Assembly: GCF_009914755.1 (NCBI RefSeq)
Contig: NC_060925.1
Source: the human T2T-CHM13v2.0 reference genome, Homo sapiens
Length of the DNA: 64,000 nucleotides
Reading direction: 5' to 3' (one strand)
Position numbers and translations under genes: made by a program. Of the stretch, positions 31,323 to 42,822 are shown in pieces; position 1 is the stretch's first letter; each line of letters begins with the position of its first letter. The notes beneath the pieces were generated by a model, which worked only from the letters and a program-made list of their open reading frames with translations, was not told where the DNA came from and did not search any database.

Positions 31323-32477
31323 TCAAGTCCTTTGATCACCAGGAAAACAGTCTTTTGTGCCTTAGGTCAGACCTACTCTTGGATCCACTTCACCCAAAAC
31401 CTTCCCAGAACATTGAGCTAGACCAGTCTCTCCACATTGGGAGTGTGCGCCCAGGGCCCAGGGGTCCAGGAGGGCTCCTCTTCCCACATTGCCCTGAAAC
31501 TGTCCCACCCGCTATTTCTCAAGCCTCCTCTGCCCCAGTGCATCATCCTGACTCTTTGACAGCTGCGGGGCACTTCCCACCTGCTCCCTCACAGTTTCTT
31601 GAAAATTGCATCTTTGTCTCTGCTCGTCATTAATCCTCTCCCCTCCACAAACCCTGAGTCCCCATCCTAGGTTTCTAATTTCCCATCTGCAGCCCTGATC
31701 CTAAGCCTCCAGGAAGCCACCTCTTCAGAACTCACCTTGTACCAATATTACTGTAAATATTAGCACATCCGAAGTCCAGGTACATTTTGATTACTTTGGC
31801 CCTGACCAGTCTTCGGGACTCCCAATCTTTATGTGATTTTTCAAAGGGAAGAAGAAATTTGCCCCCAGGGAAGCTGGGGAGGGTGGGCCCATGAATCATG
31901 GTGGCAGCGTGTGGGCTGACTCAGGGAAGCCAGGGATAGGAGATCAAATATTGGAAACGAGCAGCCAGGATGCCCTGAACCATCCCATATTTGCTAATAA
32001 AAGACATTCATCTGTTTAATGCGCTTTTCACAGTCTGCAAGGCATTTAGCTTCTTGTTTATTATTTACCTCACAAATTAAAATACATAAAATTGGTCACT
32101 TGGGCTTTTTATTGGCCAGGTTGCAGGGTTATTAAGTGAATTAAATATTATTGCGCTCACCAGTCAAAAGACATAAAATGAAATTTAGTTTTCAGCAGGC
32201 TATTTGTTACCCCAGAGCTAATATCTAAACAGTCTAAATTGAAAATGATTTTACACAACTGGCCAATTAATATGTTTATTTTTGCCTTTAATTTTTTGGA
32301 AAGGAAAAGAGTGAAGGAAAGATAATTTGCCCATTGCCGGCCCGGTTGACCCCTGTGTTGTCTCTGTGGCTGCTCTGGCCTCACCCAGCTCCCGGGCTCA
32401 CACCCCCTTGCTCCCACCATAGAGACCGCCAGCTTCCAAATCGTCCAAGTCCTCTCAGCCCGTCTAACCCCAGCTGC

Positions 32478-32491
32478 CCAGCAGAGGGCGC
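32478..32491 (+). promoter_or_regulatory. CTCF core motif
   Basis: CCAGCAGAGGGCGC is a perfect match to CCASYAGRKGGCRS. Confidence 0.6.
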
Positions 32492-32672
32492 GTGTGTCCG
32501 GATCCTGCCCTCCCCTCCCTTCTCATCACCCCGTCTCTTTCTCTCTCCTGAGCAGAGAGGGAGTGGTTTCACTGGTAATTAATTAATTAATTAATTCCTT
32601 TGTACCATAACCCACCCTGCCCTCCTCCTAAGAGCCTCTTCTTGATGTGGCTTTTTTTTTTTTTTTTGGTAG

Positions 32673-32813
32673 GGGGTGAACTGGGAGCCTTGGAAAGGAC
32701 ATGAATTCTCCATTCCTTACGTGGAGTTGAAAATCCGCCCTCATGGCTACAGCAGGGAGCCTGTCCTGGGCAGAAAGAAGCGGACGCTGAGAGGAAGGCT
32801 GCGAACGTTCTGA
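32673..32813 (+). CDS. TNN: Tenascin-N terminal coding exon
   Basis: T17 ggtag|GGGGTGAAC ... TTC TGA; GVNWEPWKGHEFSIPYVELKIRPHGYSREPVLGRKKRTLRGRLRTF*; splice phases are consistent across all ten exons. Confidence 0.96.
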   Translation, partial: GVNWEPWKGHEFSIPYVELKIRPHGYSREPVLGRKKRTLRGRLRTF

Positions 32814-33815
32814 TGGCCCGTGTGAGCAGTCCTCGCAGGAGACACCACCAGCTGTGGGAGCTTGGGGCGGGGTGGGTAGTGGTCACTGCGGTCTGGGAGT
32901 GCTCAGATAGCCCGCAGAACAAATCATGTCACCAAGCTTCAAGCCATGGAGGTTCCTTCCCTCTCACCTGCATTTTTGCCCGTCTTTATGAGGGTCTTGA
33001 AAATCAAAATAGTAGTTGCACAGTATGTGTAGGAAAGACAGTACTGGAACGGCAAGGTTTCTCAGCTTATCTTCAGCAACATATATACTGGATTAGGGCA
33101 AGAGAAGGAATCACCCAGCACTTCACCAGTTGGAAATCTCTGGAAATTTACATCTATGTATTTAAAGTTCTGCTAATGCAAATCTTTTCTCTGGAAAGAA
33201 GCACAGAGGAGGAGTTCTGATGACCCAGGGGTTAGGGCTGAGACAACCGGACGTTTGTCACCTCCTTTCCCATTGGGTTTTTAGGAAAACAGTGTGAACC
33301 TCCCCCTTTTAATTTCTGGTGTTATGAGGAAGAATAAAGGGGATAAAAGGGGCTAAGATGGACTCATGTTTAGCTAAGTTCTGACTTGTATCCAGCATGC
33401 TGGAGACCAAAGCTGCCGCCTTACTGCTATTTTTAAGTGCCCTCTTTTCAGTCATTTGCATAATTGCGTCCATAGAGCTGCATATGTTGTGAATAAATTC
33501 TCACTCATTTCAACTTTGAATAATTTGACTGTCTTGATAATTGGTTCCTCCCAAAGACTCTTCTGCAACTCCCATTCATGCCCACCAGGCCTCAGACTCC
33601 CTCTTTTCCCCGCCCTGCACTATTGGAGCCCTGGGTTTTGTGGGAGTGCTCAGCACCGTGAGTCTTACTGTTTGATCGGACAGTTAGCAAGATCAGATCC
33701 TTTTTGCTTATTTTCTATCACTTTGGAGGGTTTTCTGTAGCAAAATCAGTGACCAATGAAGTAACTTAAATTCCTATTGAAGAAAAAAAATAATAAACCA
33801 CTTGATTTAAAAAAA
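32814..33815 (+). other. TNN: TNN 3'UTR with poly(A) signals
   Basis: AATAAA at 33333, 33492 and 33792; the last is followed by UG-rich sequence (tgtgttatttt); exact cleavage site inferred. Confidence 0.75.
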
Positions 33816-34735
33816 AATTGCCATGTGTTATTTTCCTCCACGTAAGTGCACTTGAATTCTAAATTTAACCTACATGCAAGTGAAGGTACAATTCGTGCAT
33901 TGTAATGGAATTTGGTTGGCTGTGGACTCTGATTTGCATGATGGGAAATAATGGTATTTAGAATGCAGAAGTGAGTGAATGGGAAGTAAGGCGAATGCTC
34001 CAAAAGCTGCCGTACCCCTCCAGGACGAGGGTGTAGTCTATTGCCTAGATGTCTCCAGGTTTTAACCTCTGGGTGAATGTCAAACCATACCCCTGAAACC
34101 GTTTCTGTCAACCTTTAAAGTCTTCAGCATCCCCCTCTGGTGCCTTCCTTCCCCAGACACACACATTGAGCAATGCCATGGTAACTGCTCGCTCTGATAA
34201 TGAGTGGTCTCAGTGAAATACAGTTTTAGTGTTGATGCTGACGATGAAAAAATGTGCTTGCATGTTATTAATTGATTCAACAAGAGTTTGTTGTTTGCTT
34301 TGTATCAAGCAGTGTGCTGGGCACTGGGGAAACAAAGGTGAGCAAGATAGACACTATCCTTGTATTGATGGAGCTTGTGTGCTGTCATTCATTCATTCGT
34401 TTACATTCACTCATTCAACGAATAGAGATGAAGCCCTATTATGTGCCAAGTTCCATTCTAAGCATTGGTGTTAATCAAGGACATAACATCATATTCCTGT
34501 CCTTGTGCTAATATTCTCATGGTGGAGGCTGACATTAAGCAACAAATAAATGTGTGGTTACAAGAAGTGGGAAATGCCGTGGAAGAAAAGGTAGGATGAG
34601 AAGATGAAGGTGTTGCATGGTGTTGGACTATGAAGCCTCTCTGAGGAGGAGATGTTTACAGAAATTGACCAAATTTCTCCTAGTCTTGATCTAACTTTAT
34701 CAGGGCCTGAGCCTGAGCTAATTTCTTTGTCTGCC

Positions 34736-34965
34736 TTTTTTTTTTTTTTTGAATGGGGTCTCTCTCTGTCTTGCAGGCTGCTGTATATTCACATGATCAA
34801 GGCTCACTGCAGACTTGAACTCCAGCCTTGAACTCCTGGGCTCCAGCAATCCTTCCGCCTCAGCCTCCTGAGTAGCTGGGACTACAGGCACATGCTACTG
34901 TGCCCAGCTAATTTTTTACTTTTTTGTAGAGATGGAGTCTTGCTATCTTACCCAGGCTGGTCTCA
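34736..34965 (-). mobile_element. Partial AluJ
   Basis: Poly-T, then gctcactgcag...gagtagctgggactacaggc. Confidence 0.75.
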
Positions 34966-35049
34966 TCTGTCTTAAAGGTCTGTCTGCACAACTTCCCAGT
35001 TCCAAGTCTTCTCCTCAAATTCTCTTCTTTTAAAAACATTTTTGTAGTT

Positions 35050-35510
35050 TTTTAATTGTTTTATTTAATAGAAATGGAGTCTTATTGTCACCCAGGCTGT
35101 GTGAGGAAAACAGTGTAAATCTCTCCCTTTTAATTTCTGGTGTTGTGAGGAAGAATATAGGGAATAAAAAAAGGCGAGTGCAATGTGTGACCACAGCTCA
35201 TTGTAGCCTTGAATTCCTGGACTCAGCAATCCTCCCGTCTCAGCCTCCTGAGTAGCTGGGACTGCAGGCGAGTGCCACCATGCCCAACTATACATCTATA
35301 TCTATATCTTTATCTATATCTATATCATCTATATCTATATCTGTATCTATATGTATATCATCTATATCTATATCTATGTCTATATCTATAGATATATAGC
35401 AGGCTCTTGCTATATTGCTCAGGCTGGTCTTGAACTCCTGGCTTCAAATGATCCTCCAGCCTTGACTCGGGAAGTAGATGGGACTACGGGTGCTAGCCGC
35501 TGCACCTGGC
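35050..35510 (-). mobile_element. AluJ with an internal (TATATC)n microsatellite (~35290-35398) and a foreign insert (35100-35175)
   Basis: The Alu motif cacccaggctg|gagtgcaatg is split by non-Alu sequence; the middle A-rich linker is expanded to TATATC repeats. Confidence 0.8.
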
Positions 35511-37665
35511 TGGAATTCCCTTCTGCTGTTCCGTGACCCCGTTTGCATGTGGGGTACTCAGCTTCGTAATTATGAAGCTTTGGGCTCATCACAGTGATCC
35601 AGGGTTTTTAGAAAAGTGCCTCCTTTGCAAAATGGATTAAATCCCAGAAATTGACTTCGAGCCAAGGATGGTGATTGTTGGCAATGCTTCTCAACTTTGA
35701 ACATGCTTGTTAACACAGAGATCACGGGGTCCCTTCCCCAGACGCTCTAGTTAAGTAGGTCTGGGCCGAGGGCTGCTGCTGGAGTGGTGTCCACTCTGAG
35801 TAGCTGTGGTGTGGGGGAGCCGCCGGTGGTCTTTTTGCTCTGGAGGAGCCTGTGATGGTAGCAAATTACAAAACACACACCCCTGTGTTCATTGACCCCA
35901 GGGTTTCTCCACCACTGGGCAAGAGGAGGACTTTTGGGAAACAGGAGCTATTTCTTACATTATTTTGCCTGTAGGACCCATGGTGCACAAAGGAGCGGGT
36001 GAAGAAAACCTCAGCTGACCCTTCAAAGGTTCTACTGGGGACCAGGAAGGAAGTTGAGAGAAACTCATTTTCAAAGGGCCTCTGTCTGACTGAGGAAAAC
36101 ATTCCAACTTGAAACTTCCATGCCTAACCTCATTTTAACGTGACCAGTGCTCACAACTTCCAATCTGGTAGCTGAATATGGGCCCGTGGAATGGGTTTCT
36201 GGATAGACCTGCTTTTTAGAGAGAGTCAATTTTCTTAGAACCAGGTTATGAGCCATCAAGGTTTTGAAGCTTACAGGGACGATTTCTACCCTTTAGAACA
36301 AACTAAAGCAAACAAAAGCTCTCATAGAAGGCACAGGCTGCAAGCCAGGCACTAGGGTAGATGCAAAGACAGAAGTCTTGGTAAAGTTTCCAAAGTGTTG
36401 CCTTTTATGCAGGACATGAGCAAGACAGTGATAAACAGAACACAAATGTGGCCTTCCAGCAGCTCTTGGAGTGGTGGCAGAGGCAGCCATGGAAACAAAC
36501 TGGGGAGAGTGAGTCCACAGGGAGGTGGACTGAACACTGTGGGCAGAGTCAGGGTGACTCATCCTGCCAGGGGTGCCAAGGGAGAGAGCTTCACGGGGAT
36601 GTGATGTCGGCTTTAAGTCTGGAAGGATGAGTTCTGGGGGGAGAAAAAAGAGGCCCAAGAGGGGTGGGGCCCATCGGGTACAGGCGACTTGGCAGCAAGG
36701 AAGAGAAAGTGTGGAGTGTGGCATGTCTGAGGGGGGCAAAGTGGTTTCTTACTGGGGTGAGGAGAGCTTGGTGGGGAGCCAGGCTGGTGAGATGAGTGGG
36801 GATTCTTCCTTTGCCAGGCCAGTACTGAGGTTCTCAGCGCTCACTACCTGTCGGCGGCGGCAGGGGGCCTCCATGGGTACAGAAGCTCCACTCCCCTCAA
36901 CGGGCTCTGCTCCAGTGGGTCTCAGGTGAGTTCTGTGCACCTGAGCTTCCTAAAGTGCCCCCAAGGATTCCAACATAGACCACGCTTGAGAGCCACTGCT
37001 CAGATGAAAGCATGTGGAAAGTGGGGAACACACAGGTTTTTAAACCTGAGAGTGACAAGGTCAGATGTATATTTCGGAAATATCAGTCTGGTGATAGGAT
37101 AGACAACAGGGCTGGGGGTGTTGAGGGAAGTTTTGGAGGAAGGATAGGGACTCACAGGCAAGTTGAGTGCTATTGTGATAGTTCAGGCAAGCGGTCATAA
37201 CTTCCTTGGCCTGTGGCAGAAATGGTGGAGAAGGGGAGGAGGGTCTAGATTAGTGAGATATCCAGGAAGAAGGAATGGTGGGCTTTGAGGAGGATGGGTG
37301 GTACAGGCAAGAGATGGGTCGTTTCATGTCAGAGCTTAGAGCTGGTTGTTCCTGACAGTGGCTTCCTCTGGGAATAGGGTCCCAGAGTTTATGTTTGTCA
37401 AATGAGATCAAAAGCTCTGCGTTTAAAATTTGAATTCTCAGGGATTTAAAGATGATTAAAGCCAGGAAATGCTGAAGGAGCTGAGGAGAAAGATAGAAAA
37501 TGCCTCCAGAAATTGTGATTGAGGAAGGAAAAAGGCCAGGTGTGGTGTGTGAGGAGATGTGGACAGGGGACATGCAGATGAAGGGATGGCATGGCAGAAG
37601 GAAAAACAAGTATAACAGCGAGAAACTCTTGGTGAAATTTAGCCAGTTGATGGAAAAGGCCCTCC

Positions 37666-37812
<147 letters not shown>

Positions 37813-39224
37813 AAATTCCAAGTCATTACCTCAAGCGCTTCGCTAGGGTGGTGGAGGGGATCAGGAGGGAGTTCATGTCAATACGGAGCTGATCAATACG
37901 GTTGGGACCGCAGCTTAGTGCAAGAGGTTTGCTATATTCAGCCTGGCCAGGAGATGGCAGTGTTGTCCTGTCGGGAGCCTCTCATTTCAGCGCCACTTCT
38001 CTCTTCTATAAAGGGGAGTTCTGGGGGCTAGGTCCCCACTTTTCTCTTTTCCTGGGTGATGCTATCTGGAGAGTCAGTCGGTGAGGCCCAGCTTAACATT
38101 GGGCCTGCACTTGGTGGTTTCTTAGGCAGCGTTCTTGCTGGACAAATGCGCAAAAAATAACTGGGAACAACCTTGAGGAGATTGCTTGGTGAGATTGGAC
38201 TCTATCCCCAGACCCGGCGCACTGGGCTGCTGGGGAGGAAAGGCGGATAGAGGTTGTCAGCCTGATGAAAGGTGAAGGGGGGCACCCCTGGGAGAGATTT
38301 CAGGCAGCTCCTAATTTGCAAATGAATTCACTTCTCCAATTCCTTCTGTCAGTTGGCTGTTTCTGTGGGTGAAATTATTTGAGTTCCAATTATAATGTTA
38401 TATAAAGAAGGTAGGTTCTCAGGTTAGCCCATAAAACTCTGTTTACTCTACAATATAGATGAGTTGCAGTGTATGTATAATGAAAAATAGGAAACAACAG
38501 TATTGCGGTACTGTAATTTAAATAAAAGAAAGAAACAAAATGGAATGGAAACAGTTCTTTATTTTGGTGAGTGAAGAAAATTAGGTTGAATTAGAGAAGG
38601 AGAAGGAGGCAGATGAGGCTTGCTGTGGGACATATAAAGGAGGCATTTGGGCACTTTAAAGGCTTATGGGAAGACCCTTGATTGTGTTCTGTAAGTTTCC
38701 AACTCAAGGGAGGGGCGTCTACAAGTTCAGCAGTCTTTGAGGAGCCAAGATCAGATTGGCCTGGATCTCGATGCCTGGTGTGCAGAAGGAACACTGGGGT
38801 AGGAGTCTGAAGACTTGGGTTTCTATTCCAGTTTTGGGTAAACTGGCTTACCTTCTCTGGGCCTCATTTTCTTCATTTATAAAGTGAGAATCAAGTGAAA
38901 TAATGAAAGTGGTTTTTATGTACGAAGGCACTCTGGAATGGTAAAATAGTGGGCTTGGATCTTCAGTCTTCATATTTTCATTTAAAACTTTTTCTTTTTT
39001 TCTTTTTTTTCTTTTGATAGAGATGTCTCTTTAGCAGCTCTAAAACATATTTGCTATGAATAGCCACCAACAGGATTATTATGGGTTGCAAATGGAAGAA
39101 AGAGAAAGGGAAGAGTAAAAGAGAAAGGGAAGAGTAAAAGAGAAAGGTTCATAAAGGTTAGTGAGAATCTGTGTACACTGCAGAAACAGTTTCCTCTGGA
39201 GATGACATTGACTGAGTCTGTAGT

Positions 39225-39910
39225 GGAAGTCAGGAGCAGAGGAAGCGTGGAGTGCGCACTAGCTCTCTATGGAAGACGGGAGCAGGGGACGCGTGGAGCG
39301 TGCACTAGTCCTCCATGGAAGTCAGGAGCAGAGAATGCCTGGAATGCGCACTATCCTTCCATAGAGGACAGGAGCAGAGGACGCCGGAGTGCGCACTAGC
39401 CCTCCGTGGAAGACGGGAGCAGAGGACATCGGAGTGCGCACTAGCAGTCCATGGAAGTCAGGAGCAGAGAATGCCTGGAGGGCGCACTAGCCCTCCATAG
39501 AAGACAGGAGCAGAGGACGTCGGAGTGCGCACTAGCCCTCCATGGAAGACGGGAGCAGAGGACGGTGGAGTGCGCACCAGTCCTCCGTGGTAGACAGGAG
39601 CAGAGAATGCCTGGAGTGTGTACTAGCCCTCCATGGTAGATGGGAGGAGAGAATGCCAGGAGTGTGCACTAGCCCTCCATAGAAGATGGGAGCAGAGGAC
39701 GCGTGGAGTGCGCACTAGCCCTCCTTGGAAGTCGGGAGCAGAGGACGCCGCAGTGCGCACTAGCCCTCCATGGAAGACAGGCGCAGAGGACGGCGGAGTG
39801 CGCACTAGCCCTTCATGGAAGACGGGAGCAGAGGATGCGTGGAGTGCGCACCAGCCCTCCATGGAAGTCAGGAGCAAAGGATGTGTGGAGTGCGCACTAG
39901 CCCTCCATGG
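39225..39910. repeat. CpG-rich minisatellite (VNTR), 45-46 bp unit, about 15 copies
   Basis: Consensus approximately GGAAGACGGGAGCAGAGGACGCGTGGAGTGCGCACTAGCCCTCCAT. Confidence 0.95.
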
Positions 39911-40786
39911 CAGCATTTCCCAAATGGTGGCCCCTGAATCTTTGTTCCTCCAGATGTGCTAAAAGAAAAAGAGGCTTGTGGTTAAATAAATTTGGGAAAA
40001 TTTTAAGGGGAGTTAAACCAAATTCTTTATTACAGCACCTGCTAGAAACTTTAATGTGATAAATGCGTTGCAGATCCCAAGGGGGTGAAGTGGGAAAGTT
40101 ATACTATGCAGTGTTTGCAAACTTATTTGACCGTACACAGTTCTTTTGTTGTTTTGATAGTATTTCTCAAGGTGTGGTTCAGGGACCACCTGCATTGACC
40201 TGGTGTTTATTAGAGCAGGTTGTCTGGCATCACCCTAGACTTAATAATCAGCCAGAAGGGCAGGGAGAGACAGGGAATTTGCATTTTTAAGAAACACCTC
40301 AGTGTTTATTTCCCCCAATCAACACATTTATTTAGCATATAGTATGTGCCAGGCTCCATGCTAGGTGTTGAAGATATACTAGTGAATAAGACAGTTCTAA
40401 TTCTAATCTCATAAAGCTAATTCTAATGGGGGTCAAAATAGGGGTGGGGTGCTGGGAATAGAAGAAACACACAATTGCAATGTGGTCTAGTCTTACTGCA
40501 ATGCGCAAGACTTGTGTGGTTAGGGAAGCTTTACTGTAGTGAGGCTATATATAGAACACTTCACCAAAATATGTTTGTAACAACAGTTGAGACCTATGAT
40601 TTATGGAAATCCCCCATATGTCACATGAGCACGGCATTCCGGACCCTGACAGATTTGTGAATTTCACATAAAACCCGGTGACTCTTTTGCACATTTAATT
40701 TGAGAACAGGTGAACTAGCTAGATGGATGTTCTCCAGGAAACACTTCTAAGGTGAAAAAGATGTTGACTCACGCTTTCTCCTGATC

Positions 40787-40805
40787 TGGCCACCAGGTGG
40801 CACTG
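40787..40805 (+). promoter_or_regulatory. Strong CTCF motif
   Basis: TGGCCACCAGGTGGCACTG versus consensus TGGCCACCAGGGGGCGCTA; core CCACCAGGTGGCAC fits CCASYAGRKGGCRS. Confidence 0.7.
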
Positions 40806-42335
40806 TCAAGCTGGGGCGACTTCGTTGTGGGCAGAGGCGGGACAGATAATTAGGCAGCCTTGCCTAATCTGCAAATCTGCAGACCTTAATCCATGGAGTA
40901 TTGGTAATCCTGTAGATAGTGCAGTATGTGGTGAAATTAGGGAACACATCACACCATGGGGAATAGAAAATGCTAATTATTTTCAATCCCTATCTCATTC
41001 GATTTGCCTGCATCATTTGACTCTATGGACCATCACTTTCTTCTTGGAAATTTCTTTTCCTTTGGTTCCTAGGACACAGCTCTCTCACGGTTTTCCTTCA
41101 ACCCTTAATAATAATAAGTAACATTTATTGGGCACTTAATATAAGCCACGTCCTGTGCTAAATGCTTTGTACACACGATCATTTAATGCTCCCTATGAGG
41201 TAGCTACTCTCATTAGCTTTATTTAGCAGGTAAGTCTTACAGAGAGATTAAGCCATGGGTCCAAATTACATAACTAGTGAGAGTCGGAGTTAGCATCAGG
41301 GTTGGGACAACCCTAGTCATGAGTCCTAGCTCACTGCACTTATGGCTTCCAGAGAGCCCTGATGGTTTCTGAATCGTCCCCATCATCCTGTCTGCTTGCA
41401 TCACTACTCCAGGGTGCACTTGCCTTTGTAGACTGTGCAGCTGGGGCCCTCCTTTCTCAGTTTCTTCCTGTGCAAGTCTCTAGACACCTCCTAGGCGATC
41501 TCCCCCGGCCTGTCCTGAAGCCAGCCTGGGAGCTTCCCTCTAAGGAAGCAATGGCCACACTGTCTTGTCATGGTTTGCTTGTCTGTGCCCCCCTACCAGG
41601 TTCTGAGCCCCTCTAGGACAACTTAGTATCACTGGCACCTAGTGTGCTTGGCATATAGTAAACAGTCAGAAATGTTAATGGGATGAACAGCCTCAAAAGA
41701 GGGCTGGAGGTACACAGTCACAGCCATTCCTGAAGAAATATAGTGTGACATTGCCCACACAGGTGTTTGAAAACAACCCTTTGAGTCTAAGACAGAAAGC
41801 GGGTTGAAGGGATTTTTTTCCAGTCCAGTAAACCTGTGACTTTGAATTGGGAAATACTACTAAGGTCAACAGGCAAGGGGCCAGTGCAGAGTGCTGTGAT
41901 AAACTGAGAATGCTAAGGACGTGATGGCATTCATTGTCCAAATCCATATTATACCCCAAGGCCAGGATGGAGCCGGGGCAGGTGAGGCTGCAGGCATTGA
42001 GCACTGGCATCCCCTCAGGGGTGCAGCAGCTGCTCCCCTCCCAGATAGTTTCTGAGCATCAGTTCCTCCTCTGCACCAGAATGTTTAGCAATGTCCTGGG
42101 TGGATGAACAAGGAGCTGAATGAAGAGTCTCTGTTCTCTGGTTGTCATGAGTGTGTGGTGATGGGGAAGGGAGCCCAGGAATGAACTCATCTGAACTACA
42201 GACATAACCTGCCTTGGGCGAGATAAGGCAAAGAGTCCACCTGTGCTCTAGGCCTTCCTTCTTAAGCCCTCCTTGAAATCCAGTCAGCATGGCTGTTTTT
42301 CCCAGGTGTCTGACCCTGCCCCCAAGATCATAGAC

Positions 42336-42822
42336 CTATGCTGTCCAGGATGGCAGCCGCTAGCCACGTGTAGCTACTGAGCACTTGAATCGTGGCTGGC
42401 ATGGCCAAGCGCAGTTGCCCATGCCTATAATCCCAGCACTTTGGGAGGCTGGCGGGTCACTTGAGGCCAGGAGTTCAAGACCAGCCTGGCCAGTATGGTG
42501 AAACCCCATCTTTACTAAAATATAAAAAAAATTAGCTGGGCATGGTGGCACATGCCTGTCATCCCAGCTACTCAGGTGGCTGAAGCATGAGAATTACTTG
42601 AACTCGGGAGGTGTAAGTTGCAGTGAGCCAAGATCATACCACTGTATTCCAGCCTGGATGACAGAGCAAGACTCCATCTCAAAAAAAAAAAAAAAAAAAA
42701 AAAGAAAAAAGAAATATGGCAGACATAGCTGAGCTAGTATACCTTTAATTTTATTTCATTGCAATGAATTTAAATAGTCACATGTGGCTATTGGTACCAT
42801 ATTGAACCATATTGAACAGTGT
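42336..42822. mobile_element. MER3/MER33-like hAT-Charlie element split by an AluS (42403-42714, plus strand)
   Basis: ctatgctgtcc...gctagccacgtgtagctactgagcacttgaa [Alu] ...tttaaatagtcacatgtggcta...atattgaacag. Confidence 0.7.
42744..42755 (-). terminator. KIAA0040: KIAA0040 distal poly(A) signal (AATAAA directly followed by ATTAAA)
   Basis: Plus-strand tttaattttatt; a U-rich tract lies just downstream on the minus strand. Confidence 0.6.

Noticed and set aside
39099-39147. 19-bp tandem repeat (aaagagaaagggaagagta x2.5); similarly an 18-bp duplication near 23448-23490
   Set aside because: Ordinary slippage duplications with no further structure
39225-39910. CRISPR-like array or coding repeat (several overlapping ORFs)
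   Set aside because: Units are contiguous with no unique spacers and no cas genes; the ORFs are by-products of the repeat and shift frame between 45- and 46-bp units
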